Shown in pieces: positions 28,052 to 37,762 of a DNA stretch of 64,000 bases; positions within the stretch are counted from its first letter, which is position 1, and every line of letters begins with the position of its first letter. The notes beneath the pieces are model-generated. The model was not told where the DNA came from. It worked only from the letters and a program-made list of their open reading frames with translations, and did no database searches. Where the stretch lies: positions 1 to 64,000 of the forward strand of contig JBGARZ010000008.1 in NCBI GenBank assembly GCA_044229975.1, in the 5' to 3' direction. A program made the position numbers and the translations under genes. Origin of the DNA: Polyangiales bacterium (lineage in GTDB: Bacteria; Myxococcota_A; Polyangia; Polyangiales; Ga0077539).

Positions 28052-29893
28052 CTACACCGCCTCTTCGGCGTCCATGTACTCCGGCAGCACGAAGCTCCCG
28101 GTCTCGGTGTACGTGCCATTTTCCCCATTGGAGAGCAGCGTCGCGAACACCGACTCGTAGCGGTCGCGCACCAGCTGCTCGACCTCCTCCGCCGAGGCGA
28201 TGCCCAGCAGTTCTTCTGCGAAGGCACGCGCGTCGGTCAGGTCGATGCGCCGCAGTGCCTCCTTGATCTCGGGCACCGCCGTCGGCTCGACGGAAAGCTC
28301 CATCACACCGAGGCCCACCAACACGGGCACTGCCATGAGCTCGGCCGCCATCGCGCCGCACAGGGCGCAAGGGATGCCACGCGCCTTGGCCGCCCGCGCC
28401 ACCGTCGCGATGGCCCGCAGGATCGCCGGATCGAGCGGCCGCGCCAGGTGAGCGACGTGCTCGTTGCCGCGGTCGATGGCCAGCGTGTACTGCATCAGGT
28501 CGTTGGTGCCGATGGAGAAGAAGTCGGCCTCCTTCGCGAGCAGATCGGACATCGTCACGGCGCTCGGCGTCTCCACCATGATGCCAAAGGGAACATCACG
28601 AAACGCCAGCCCCGCCGCCCGCAGCTCTTCCTTCGCGCGGTCGAACTCCTCGCGCGACGCGCGCAGCTCGCTCACCGCCGCCACCATCGGGATCATGATG
28701 CGCACGTCACCGAACGCCGACGCCCGCAACATCGCCCGGAGCTGCGCGCGGAACACCTCACGCTCGCGCAACGCCAGACGCACGGCACGCATGCCGAGCG
28801 CGGGGTTCATCTCCTTGGGGATGCGGAACGCCGTGCTGAACTTGTCACCCCCCAGATCGAAGGTGCGCAGCGTCACGGTGCGCGGCGCCATCGTCGAGAC
28901 GATGCGCTTGAAGGTCTCGTATTGCTCCTCCTCCGTCGGGGGATCTGCCCGGTCGATGTAGAGAAACTCCGTGCGGTAGAGCCCGATGCCATCGGCCCCG
29001 TGGTCGATCGCCACGGCGACCTCCCCCGGCAGCTCGATGTTGGCCCGCAGCTTCACCGCCCCGCCGTCGCGCGTCCTCGCCGACGCCGAACGGTTGGACC
29101 GCAGCGACCGCACAAACGCCCCGTAGCGCTCGCCCCGATCGGTGGCGTCAGCCGCTTCGGCGTCCGTCGGCTTGCGAAGCACCACGCCCCGCAAGCCGTC
29201 GACCACCAGGAGGTCGCCCGTCGCGATGTGCCGCAGCACGTCCGGCGCGCCCACCACCGCCGGGATGGTCAGCGCCCGCGCCATGATCGCCGTGTGCGAC
29301 GTCCCAGAGCCCACCTCGGTCACGAAGGCCATCACGTCGCTGCGGGCCAGCGCCGCCGTGTCGGCGGGCGAGAGCTCGTGCGCCACCAGCACCACCGGGC
29401 CGTGCAGGTCACGTGGGCGTGAGATCTCCATCGGCGCGCCCATCAGGTGACGGATCACGCGCTCGCCCACGAAGTCGACGTCGCTGCGCCGCTCACGGAA
29501 GTAGTCGTCGTCGGCGCGGTCGAAGACCTCCTTGATCTTCTCTACCGTGCGCCGAAGCGCCCACTCGGCGTTGACGCACTCGTCGCGGATGGTGCGCTCC
29601 GACTGCTCCACCAGGAGCGCGTCGTCGAGCATCAGCAGGTGCGCTTCCAGAATCACCGAGTGGTCGCCCGCGTCGACGGCCATGCGCTCGCGGATCTGTT
29701 CGAGCTGCACCCGCGCCGAGGCCAGCGCCCCGCGCAGCCGTTGGATCTCCGCGTCGGCCTCCTCGGGCGCGACGTGGCGGCGCGGCACCGTCACCCGACG
29801 ACGGTCGGCCACGAAGGCCCGGCCCACCACCACCCCGGGCGAGGCGGCGATGCCCAGGAACCTCCGCGGCGTCGCTTCGTCGGCCTCGCTCAT
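28052..29893 (-). CDS. ptsI: PEP-protein phosphotransferase (PTS enzyme I)
   Basis: GIAASPG, GSGTSHTAIMAR (phospho-His), GIGLYRTEF, EMNPALGMRA, FFSIGTNDL; start MSEADE overlaps the HPr stop. Confidence 0.94.
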   Translation of the reverse strand: MSEADEATPRRFLGIAASPGVVVGRAFVADRRRVTVPRRHVAPEEADAEIQRLRGALASARVQLEQIRERMAVDAGDHSVILEAHLLMLDDALLVEQSERTIRDECVNAEWALRRTVEKIKEVFDRADDDYFRERRSDVDFVGERVIRHLMGAPMEISRPRDLHGPVVLVAHELSPADTAALARSDVMAFVTEVGSGTSHTAIMARALTIPAVVGAPDVLRHIATGDLLVVDGLRGVVLRKPTDAEAADATDRGERYGAFVRSLRSNRSASARTRDGGAVKLRANIELPGEVAVAIDHGADGIGLYRTEFLYIDRADPPTEEEQYETFKRIVSTMAPRTVTLRTFDLGGDKFSTAFRIPKEMNPALGMRAVRLALREREVFRAQLRAMLRASAFGDVRIMIPMVAAVSELRASREEFDRAKEELRAAGLAFRDVPFGIMVETPSAVTMSDLLAKEADFFSIGTNDLMQYTLAIDRGNEHVAHLARPLDPAILRAIATVARAAKARGIPCALCGAMAAELMAVPVLVGLGVMELSVEPTAVPEIKEALRRIDLTDARAFAEELLGIASAEEVEQLVRDRYESVFATLLSNGENGTYTETGSFVLPEYMDAEEAV

Positions 29894-30168
29894 CCAGCGT
29901 CCCCGAAGTGGGCCAGGAAGAGCGCGCGCACTGCGTCGACCGCGGCCTGCGCGTCGGCCCCGCTCGCGCGCACCGTGACCTTCGCGCCTCGCGGGCACGC
30001 CAACAGCAACATGCCCATCACACTCTTGGCGTTGGCGGTCTGCCCCTCCCTCGTCAACGTCAACTCACAGCGAAACTTGCTCGCCGTCTGCGCGATGCGC
30101 GTCACCGGGCGGGCGTGCAATCCGCGCTCGTTCAACACCTCCAGGGTCTCTTCGATCACGTCTGCCAA
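29890..30168 (-). CDS. ptsH: Phosphocarrier protein HPr/NPr
   Basis: GLHARP (His15 equivalent) and NAKSVMG (Ser46 equivalent). Confidence 0.93.
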   Translation of the reverse strand: MADVIEETLEVLNERGLHARPVTRIAQTASKFRCELTLTREGQTANAKSVMGMLLLACPRGAKVTVRASGADAQAAVDAVRALFLAHFGDAG

Positions 30169-30180
30169 TGGGTACTCCGC

Positions 30181-31071
30181 TCATCCACCACGATCGATGT
30201 CCCGGTGCGAGACCCGCACCTCGCCCGGCGATCTGCCCCGCGACAGCCGCGCCGTCAGCGCCTCGGCGATGGCCACGCTCCGGTGCCGACCCCCGGTGCA
30301 GCCGACCGCCACCGTCAGCGCCACCTTGCCCTCCCGCGCGTACCTCGGCAACAGGGGGGACAGCAGCTTCTCGATGGCGTCGACGAACTCACGGCCCTCC
30401 TCGGTCTCCAACACGAACCCCGCAACCTCGGGATCCTTCCCGCTCTTCGGCCTCAAGCGCGGGACGAAATGGGGGTTCGGCAGGAAGCGCGCGTCGAACA
30501 CCAGGTCGGCGTCGGAGGGAATCCCGTACTTGAACCCGAAGCTCATCACCCGGGTGTTCATCCGCAGCGACGCGCCCGCCGTCTGCGTGAAGTGCTCGAT
30601 GAGCATCCGCCGCAGGTCGTGCACCGTCAGCGCCGACGTGTCGATGACCCGGTCGGCCCGCGCCCGCAGGTCGGACAGCCGCTCGCGCTCCAGCGTGATG
30701 AGCGCCGCCAGATCATCGTTGGGGTGCTGCGCCGCCAGCGGGTGAGGCCGACGCGACTCGCTGTACCGCCGCACCAGCGCCTCGTCGGCTGCGTCGAGGA
30801 AGATCACGCTGACCCGGTAGTGGTGCGCCCGCAGCGTCTCGATGACGGCCCCGGCGCCCTCCAGCATCGCGCGCACCCGGACGTCCATTCCGATGCCCAT
30901 GCGGGGCACCGCGCCGCTGCTCGCCTGGAGGGCCACGGCCTGCTCGATGAGCGGCGTCGGGAGGTTGTCGATGCAGTCGAACGACAGGTCTTCGAGCACG
31001 CGCAACGCCGTGCTCCGCCCCGCCCCGGAGAGGCCCGTCACCACCACGATGAGCGGGACCGCGTCCGCCAT
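30181..31071 (-). CDS. rapZ: RNase adapter RapZ
   Basis: TGLSGAGRS, RYSESRRPHPL, SFGFKYG, DARFLPNPHF, GCTGGRHRSV. Confidence 0.95.
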   Translation of the reverse strand: MADAVPLIVVVTGLSGAGRSTALRVLEDLSFDCIDNLPTPLIEQAVALQASSGAVPRMGIGMDVRVRAMLEGAGAVIETLRAHHYRVSVIFLDAADEALVRRYSESRRPHPLAAQHPNDDLAALITLERERLSDLRARADRVIDTSALTVHDLRRMLIEHFTQTAGASLRMNTRVMSFGFKYGIPSDADLVFDARFLPNPHFVPRLRPKSGKDPEVAGFVLETEEGREFVDAIEKLLSPLLPRYAREGKVALTVAVGCTGGRHRSVAIAEALTARLSRGRSPGEVRVSHRDIDRGG

Positions 31072-31074
31072 CGG

Positions 31075-32070
31075 TCAGCCCTTCCCCCGCAGCAGCGCCG
31101 TCGGGTCGTGCACGCCCATCGCCGCCGCCAGCCTCGCGTGAAACTCCCGCGCCGAGTGGTGCCCCGCCTGCCGCAACAGCTCGTTGCGCGCGGCGACTTC
31201 CACGGTGCTGGAGGTGTTCTTGCCCGGGCGCACGGGCACGCGGCGCATCGCGATGCGCGCGCCCAGCAGCGGGTAGAACTCGTCGTCGATGCCGAGGCGG
31301 TCCCAGCTCTCCTCGTCGTCGTCGTGGGCCACGAGGCGGATCACCAGGTCGATGCGCTTGTTGTCACGCACCGACGCGACGCCGAAGAGGTCCTTGATGT
31401 TGAGCACGCCGAGGCCGCGCACTTCGAGGTGGTTCTTCAGCAGGTCGACGGCGGCGCCGTACACCGAGTCCGACGGGCGCAGCACGCAGTCCACCAGGTC
31501 GTCGGCCACGAGCCGGTGACCGCGCTGAACGAGCTCCAGCGCGCACTCGCTCTTGCCGATGCCGCTCTTGCCCAGCAGCAGGATGCCCACGCCGAACACG
31601 TCGATGAAGACGCCGTGCACCCGCGTGCGCGGCGCCAGCTTCTCGTCGAGCAGGGCGTGGATCGCGTTGATGGTCACCGAGCTGCGCGCCTCGCTCACCA
31701 GCACCGGGCAGCCGTACTTGTCCGCCGACTCCAGCAGCTCGGCGAAGATCGTCTGACCCGCCGTCACCACCGCGCAGCAGACGCCCCGCGCCATGAACCC
31801 GTCGACCGCGCGCTGCCGGGCCTCGCGGTCCATCGCGCCCAGGAAGGACATCTCCGTCTCCCCCAGGATCTGAACGCGTTCGGGGGAGAGACCCTGGAAG
31901 TGTCCGACCAGGGAGAGCCCCGACTTCTGGATGCGGGGGTGGATGATGTTGTGGTCGAGGCCATGCCCGCCCGCCGCCACCGTGAGCCGCACCGCCATGG
32001 CCCCCGGCTCGGTCAGCGTCTGCACGGTCACATCCCTCGGCGGCAGCGTCGAGTGCAGTCCCGTTGACAT
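31075..32070 (-). CDS. hprK: HPr(Ser) kinase/phosphorylase
   Basis: VHGVFIDVFGVG, GKSGIGKSECALELVQRGHRLVADD, LEVRGLGVLNI, VEVAARN. Confidence 0.95.
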   Translation of the reverse strand: MSTGLHSTLPPRDVTVQTLTEPGAMAVRLTVAAGGHGLDHNIIHPRIQKSGLSLVGHFQGLSPERVQILGETEMSFLGAMDREARQRAVDGFMARGVCCAVVTAGQTIFAELLESADKYGCPVLVSEARSSVTINAIHALLDEKLAPRTRVHGVFIDVFGVGILLLGKSGIGKSECALELVQRGHRLVADDLVDCVLRPSDSVYGAAVDLLKNHLEVRGLGVLNIKDLFGVASVRDNKRIDLVIRLVAHDDDEESWDRLGIDDEFYPLLGARIAMRRVPVRPGKNTSSTVEVAARNELLRQAGHHSAREFHARLAAAMGVHDPTALLRGKG

Positions 32071-32166
32071 CCCGCGACCCTATCACATCACCGACCGCCA
32101 GAACGACCCGCGTTTCCAACGTGTCACGTTCGTTGGTAGCGTTCGCGCATCTCGCGGAAGGGATCG

Positions 32167-35100
32167 GTGGATGCGTTGATGGCAACCGGGAAACCACGGT
32201 GGGTGCGTGCGCTCGTCACTCTCACCACCACGCTCGTCGCCTGCGCGCCGGAGTACGACACCCGACGCGTCCCCGCCCCGCAAGGAACCCTCGGCGAAGA
32301 GGTGTTTCAGGTGATGTGCGAGCGCGTTCACTGGGGAGAGACCCCGCGCGACCTCGGGTTCACCTCCGGCCGCCGCCCCTGCACCCGCGGCCTCGGCGCC
32401 ACCGAGACCGCGGCGGGCGTCGGGCCGCGCGCCACCGCCCTCGCCCGCATGCGCTCCGACCTCGTCGCCGGGCTCGATCAGTCCATGCCGCGGCCGCTCT
32501 ACACCCCGCTCGACCACCTGCTCGTCGACCTCCTGCCCCTCTATGGCCCCGACGGTTCGGGTCGCCGCAGCGGCGATGCCGGCACCTGGGTCATCGACGT
32601 CGATGGCGGGACCGCCGTCGCCGAAGACCTGCTCCCTCAGACCACGCGCGCCGTCGCCCAACAGCTCGCCGGCATGGCCACCAACGCCGACGTGCTGCGC
32701 GCCCTCGGCCGCATGTCCCAGCGCCAGGGCTACCGTCCCCCCGAGAGCGCCATCGGACTCCTGCGACCCGTCCTCGCGTACGACCAGATCAACGGAGTCC
32801 TCGACGCCACGCTCGGGCTCGTCCGCGAGGCCACGCCCACCCAACCGCAGGGCCGCGCGTACCCGCAGTTCAGCCAGGTGCTCTCGGTGATGCGCGGGGA
32901 GTTTCTTACCGCGGCACCCAGCGCGCCCACGACCGCGGGCACCACCCTCGACGCGACCACCGACCTCCTGCTTCGCAGCGACGCCTCCCTCGCCCGCGGC
33001 GATCGGCCGACGCTCATCGTGCGCCGCGACACCGCGGGCAACGCCCAGCCCACGGGCTCGTCGGCGGCCGGGCTGCCAACGCCGTTTCCTGTGTATCGCT
33101 CCGCGGCGAGCCCGCGCGACGCGCAGGGCCGCGCGACCACCGCGAGCGGTTATCCGTGGCGCTACGTCGACCTCAACGGGACCGTCCTCGCCGCTCTCAC
33201 GCGGGAGCTCCCGTCGCTGCTGGGTGCACCGACGCACGCGGAGATGCCAGCGCTCCAGCTCGTGTCGGGCATGCGCCCGCTGCTCGGGCCGCGCGCCGCT
33301 GCGACCAAGGATTACGGCGCGGGGGGGAGGCTCGACTACCAGCGCTTCACGGCCGACGCCTCGCCCGTCGTCGACCTCGTGTACGGCGCGGGCGCGCTCT
33401 TCACACACCGCGACGTCGACCCGGTGCTCAACACCGCGCAGGCCCTGATGTCGCCCGAGCGCGAGGCCCTCACCGCGCGGCTGATCGGAGCGATTCTCGC
33501 CATCGACGAGGCGTCCGACCGCGTGCCCGAGGCCCGCATGGATGCGCGCTCGGTGATCTGGGACGACGTGATGGACGTGGTGCGCCGCATCGCCGCGGAG
33601 CCCGGCCTGCTCGAAGACATCCTCGACGCGCTCGCCAACCTCCAGCAGCCGCTCCCGTCGTCGGGGCTCTGGGAGTCGTCGTGCGCGGGCACCCGCCCCG
33701 CGGAAAACCTCGCGCGAGCCTTCGGCGCCTACGCCCACAACCGCGACCGCGTCGAGCCCAACTGGTCGGGCAACTGGAACGCCCACGCTCCGGTCAACCT
33801 CACGCAGCCCGTCGATCGATCGCGCCCCGATACGCTCGACAACCGCTCGGTGCTCCAGCGCCTCTTCCACCTCGTCGACGACCTCAACGGCGCGCACCTC
33901 TGCAACAAGCCCAGCGCGTCCATTCGCCTGTACGCGTCGTTTCTCCCGGGCGGCATCGGCGTCCCGGGCGCGGCCAGCAACATCCCGGCGTGCCAGCTCG
34001 TGGAGGTGCCCGACGCGGCGGCGTTCTATGTGCGCTCCATCGCGGGCAACGGGCGCGCGGTGTTGCCGCTACAGATCCCGGGCATCCTCGGGACCATCAC
34101 CAGCTTCGCCCGCACCGTCGGCATCAACCTCGACGGCACCCTCGACGGACTCGTGCAGTCGCAGTCGGGCATCACCGGCTTCACGTCGCAGCCGTCGCCC
34201 TACGCCGTCGCGCGGCTCGTGTTCAACCCGAACCCCAACGGCTTCCTCCAGAACCTCATGGACCCGCCGACGGTTCGCAACTCGGGCTCCACCGTCCCGG
34301 CGCCCGCGCTCACCGACCCGCGCCTCGTCCGCAACGCCCACCCAGGGACCATCTTCGCGTGGGAGGGCTACTGCTTCTACGACTCCATCCGTCCGCTCGC
34401 GACCGCCTTCGCGCGCCACGATCGCCTCAACGGCCGCCTCGACCCCGCGCTCTCGCCCGGTGCCGACCCCAACACCATGCGGCCCACGTACATCGACACC
34501 ACCAACGGCTCGCGCCTCTTCACCGAACTGCTCGCCGCCTTCCACCGCCACTGGGCCACGAGCGCTGCCGGGACCTACCAGTCGACCGTTCGCTGCGAGT
34601 CGTGCCGCGAGGGCGCCAACTACTCCCTCATGGACGGCGCCGATCGCTACGAGCCCGTCATCAAGGCCGCCCTCGACGGCGGCCTCCTCCCCGCGCTCTC
34701 CGATGTCACCCGTGAGCTCCGCACGCTCGACATCGGCGGCGGTCGCACGGGCCTGCAAGCCGTCGCGTCACTCACCCGCGCGCTCGTCGACACCCGCGCC
34801 CGCGCCATGGACGGCTCGGCCGCCTTCACCACGCCGCTGCGCTACCGCACCGGAACCACCAGCGCGCTCTGGTCCGACGGCGCCACGTCGGTGGGCGGCG
34901 TCAACCTCTTCTATCTCTTCGCTGACGCGTTCAACGCCATGGACCCGCGCTTCGCCGCCGAGCCCGAACGCCACGCCGAGTGGCTCGCCGCGCGCTCGTC
35001 CCTCGTCGATCAGTTTCTCGCCACCGAGGGCAGCGGCGCGACGGCGCGCTTCCGCAACCGGAGCATCCCCGGCGTGACCCGCGTCCTCGTGGCGTGGCTC

Positions 35101-35736
35101 CGCGATCGCATCGCCGCGCACCGCGCCGCGGGCGACCTCGACGCCTGGGCGCTCGGCCTCTCCGCGCGCCTTGAGACCGTCATGCGCGAGCCCGTCTTCG
35201 CCGCAGGGACGGACCTCGGCCTCGCCCTCCGCGACGACCCTGCCGCGCGCGTCGCCGTCGGCCGGCTGCTCACCCACATGACGAGCGACGAGGCCCCCAA
35301 CGCCCGCTCCGCGTCGCCGCAAGCGACCACGCTCAGCGCCATCGCCGAGACCCTCCAGGTGATGCGCGCCGACAGCGATGTCGACCCGTTGCTCCGCAGC
35401 CTCGCGCCTGCGATGACCCCGCGCACCGGGCTCGTCCCGCAGTCGCTGCGCTTCCTCGATCGCGCCCGCGCGCTCGACCGCGACCGCGCGCTCATCAGCG
35501 TGCTCGGCCATGCCGTCGAGCGACCCACCACGGGCGACCCGCTCACGCCGGAGCCGCTGACGGTCATCGCCGACGCCATCGCCGACACCAACCGCGAACG
35601 CCCCGGCGAACACGGCCCCATGTCCGCGCAGGACGTGTTCTACATGTTCCGGGAGGTCATCTCGTTTCTCACCGACAACAGCCGCGGGCTCGAACAGTTC
35701 TACGCCATCGTGCAGCGCCGGAGGCTCCCGCTGTGA
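32167..35736 (+). CDS. Large hypothetical lipoprotein (about 1189 aa)
   Basis: Lipobox TLVAC; long ORF with strong GC3 bias; no recognisable family; start 32167 or 32179. Confidence 0.8.
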   Translation: MDALMATGKPRWVRALVTLTTTLVACAPEYDTRRVPAPQGTLGEEVFQVMCERVHWGETPRDLGFTSGRRPCTRGLGATETAAGVGPRATALARMRSDLVAGLDQSMPRPLYTPLDHLLVDLLPLYGPDGSGRRSGDAGTWVIDVDGGTAVAEDLLPQTTRAVAQQLAGMATNADVLRALGRMSQRQGYRPPESAIGLLRPVLAYDQINGVLDATLGLVREATPTQPQGRAYPQFSQVLSVMRGEFLTAAPSAPTTAGTTLDATTDLLLRSDASLARGDRPTLIVRRDTAGNAQPTGSSAAGLPTPFPVYRSAASPRDAQGRATTASGYPWRYVDLNGTVLAALTRELPSLLGAPTHAEMPALQLVSGMRPLLGPRAAATKDYGAGGRLDYQRFTADASPVVDLVYGAGALFTHRDVDPVLNTAQALMSPEREALTARLIGAILAIDEASDRVPEARMDARSVIWDDVMDVVRRIAAEPGLLEDILDALANLQQPLPSSGLWESSCAGTRPAENLARAFGAYAHNRDRVEPNWSGNWNAHAPVNLTQPVDRSRPDTLDNRSVLQRLFHLVDDLNGAHLCNKPSASIRLYASFLPGGIGVPGAASNIPACQLVEVPDAAAFYVRSIAGNGRAVLPLQIPGILGTITSFARTVGINLDGTLDGLVQSQSGITGFTSQPSPYAVARLVFNPNPNGFLQNLMDPPTVRNSGSTVPAPALTDPRLVRNAHPGTIFAWEGYCFYDSIRPLATAFARHDRLNGRLDPALSPGADPNTMRPTYIDTTNGSRLFTELLAAFHRHWATSAAGTYQSTVRCESCREGANYSLMDGADRYEPVIKAALDGGLLPALSDVTRELRTLDIGGGRTGLQAVASLTRALVDTRARAMDGSAAFTTPLRYRTGTTSALWSDGATSVGGVNLFYLFADAFNAMDPRFAAEPERHAEWLAARSSLVDQFLATEGSGATARFRNRSIPGVTRVLVAWLRDRIAAHRAAGDLDAWALGLSARLETVMREPVFAAGTDLGLALRDDPAARVAVGRLLTHMTSDEAPNARSASPQATTLSAIAETLQVMRADSDVDPLLRSLAPAMTPRTGLVPQSLRFLDRARALDRDRALISVLGHAVERPTTGDPLTPEPLTVIADAIADTNRERPGEHGPMSAQDVFYMFREVISFLTDNSRGLEQFYAIVQRRRLPL

Positions 35737-37115
35737 AGCGACACCTCCTCGTCTTCACTCTCGTCGCGCTGTGCCCCTCGCTCGCTCAAGCGGGAGGCTT
35801 CTACCTCACCGACCGCGGCGTCCGACCGCTCGGTCGCGGTGGTGCCTTTGTTGCGGGCGCCGATGACCAGCACGCCGTCTGGTACAACCCCGCGGGGCTC
35901 ATCCAGGCGGGCAACGGGCTGCTGCTCGACGCGTCGTTCGTGAACTTCAACAACACGTACACGCGCAGCGCGCTGCCCGATCGCAACATGGCGCCGGTGG
36001 GCTTCGCGCCGGTGCAGGGCGAAGGTGCTGCGCTGCCCATCCCGACGCTCATCGCCACGCACAACTTCGGGCTGCGCAACTTCATGTTCGCCGCGGGCGC
36101 CTACGCCCCGTACGCGGCCATCACCTCGTACGCCGACACGCCCACCGCGCCGCAGCGATACAACCTCGTCACGCTCGACGGGTCGCTCCTCGTCGTCGCG
36201 GGGGTGTGGGCCGCGTGGCGACCGCACCGGATGATCAACATCGGCGTCGGGTTCTCGGCGCTCACCGGATCGTTCGCCGCACGCCATGCGCTGTCGGCCT
36301 GTCCGGCGACGCTCACCTGCGCGCCCGAAGACCCGCAGTGGGACGCCATGGCCGCCATCAACGTCGGCCCGATCTTCGCGCCCACCGGCAACGTCGGGGT
36401 GCAGTTTACACCCCACCGTATGATCGCCATCGGCGCGTCGTACCAGCTCCCGTACGACGTCGACGCGCCCGCGAAGCTCGGCGTGCGGCTCCCGTCGGCG
36501 TCGTTCTACGAAGGAGCGCAGGTGCAGGGCGACACGGCGCGGGTGCAGTTTCGGCTCGCGCCCATCGCGCGCGTCGGGGTGGAATTTCGCCCGCTCCCGA
36601 CGACGCACATCGAGCTCGCCGCGGTGTGGGAAGGGTGGAGCGTTCATCAGCGCATCGACATCCTCCCGGAGAACATCGCGCTCACGGGCGTGCGGGGCGT
36701 GGGCACCTATCAAGTGGGCCCGCTCGCGGAAAACCGGCAGTTTCAGGACTCGTGGTCGATCCGTCTGGGCGGCGAGCACATGACCAACCTGGGTCGAGGC
36801 GTCGGGCTCCAGGCGCGCTTCGGCGTGTCCTACGAGACCAGCGCGACGGCCAACCAGTACACCAACGCGTTGACCCTCGACTCGGACAAGTTCGTCGGCA
36901 GCCTCGGGGCGTCGGTGCACTACGGACGCTTCCGCTTCGATGCCGTGTTCGCGTACATGTTCGCCAGCTCGGTCGTGGTCGACGCGCGCACCGCGGCGCT
37001 CTACCCCGTCGAGCCGTTTCGCTCCAACGGGCAAGGTCCGCGCATCGCCGTCAACGGCGGGACGTACGACTTCTCCGTCAACGTGGTGGGCCTCGGCGCC
37101 CGCTACCAGTTCTAG
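35733..37115 (+). CDS. FadL/OmpP1-family outer-membrane transport protein
   Basis: Signal AQA-GGFY, LGRGGAFVAGADD..AVWYNPAG (FadL N-terminal motif), C-terminal Phe (YQF). Confidence 0.88.
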   Translation: MKRHLLVFTLVALCPSLAQAGGFYLTDRGVRPLGRGGAFVAGADDQHAVWYNPAGLIQAGNGLLLDASFVNFNNTYTRSALPDRNMAPVGFAPVQGEGAALPIPTLIATHNFGLRNFMFAAGAYAPYAAITSYADTPTAPQRYNLVTLDGSLLVVAGVWAAWRPHRMINIGVGFSALTGSFAARHALSACPATLTCAPEDPQWDAMAAINVGPIFAPTGNVGVQFTPHRMIAIGASYQLPYDVDAPAKLGVRLPSASFYEGAQVQGDTARVQFRLAPIARVGVEFRPLPTTHIELAAVWEGWSVHQRIDILPENIALTGVRGVGTYQVGPLAENRQFQDSWSIRLGGEHMTNLGRGVGLQARFGVSYETSATANQYTNALTLDSDKFVGSLGASVHYGRFRFDAVFAYMFASSVVVDARTAALYPVEPFRSNGQGPRIAVNGGTYDFSVNVVGLGARYQF

Positions 37116-37130
37116 AAAGAGAGACCCACC

Positions 37131-37454
37131 GTGGCCCTCAACAGCAAGCAGAACCAATACCTCCGCGGCCTCGGCCACCACCTCAGCCCGCTGGTGCAGA
37201 TCGGCAAGCAGGGCCTCACCGAGACGGTCACCGCCGCGGTGCACCAGGCGCTGCTCGACCACGAGCTCATCAAGATCCGCATCCACGCCGAGGCCCCGTC
37301 GGACCGCTACGAGACCGCCGACGCGCTCGCCGCGGAGCTGAAGGCAGAGGTCGCGCAGGTGCTGGGGCGGACGATCCTGCTGTATCGGCCGCACCCGTCG
37401 GAGCCGAAGATGAAGCTGCCCAAGCCGGAGAAGAAGCCCGGGGGATCGACCTGA
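37131..37454 (+). CDS. yhbY: Ribosome assembly RNA-binding protein YhbY
   Basis: LNSKQNQYLRGLGHHLSPLVQIGKQGLT, ALLDHELIKI, QVLGRTILLYR. Confidence 0.93.
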   Translation: MALNSKQNQYLRGLGHHLSPLVQIGKQGLTETVTAAVHQALLDHELIKIRIHAEAPSDRYETADALAAELKAEVAQVLGRTILLYRPHPSEPKMKLPKPEKKPGGST

Positions 37455-37456
37455 GC

Positions 37457-37762
37457 ATGGACTCCGCCGCCGAAACGCAGCTCGCCGCCGCCATCCACGC
37501 CGTCATTGAACCCTTCGCCGCGACCCCGCTCATCAAGCGCCTCCGCGTGCGACTCCGTGACCTCGGCAAGGACCAGCGCGACGAGGTGACGCAGTTTCGT
37601 CAGCTCCAGAAGGCGTGCCGCGAAGACCCGAAGCTCGCGCAAGCCTTCGCCGCCGCGGGCTTCGGCGACGTCACCGTGGTCGACCCGCGCATTCCCGATC
37701 CGAAGACCGGCGCGCTCGTGCAGGCGTTCAACCGCTTCGTCGAGACCAACTGGGAGAAGTAG
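37457..37762 (+). CDS. Small hypothetical protein (101 aa)
   Basis: ATG 2 nt after the yhbY stop, MDSAAETQ...VETNWEK, typical codon usage. Confidence 0.65.
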   Translation: MDSAAETQLAAAIHAVIEPFAATPLIKRLRVRLRDLGKDQRDEVTQFRQLQKACREDPKLAQAFAAAGFGDVTVVDPRIPDPKTGALVQAFNRFVETNWEK

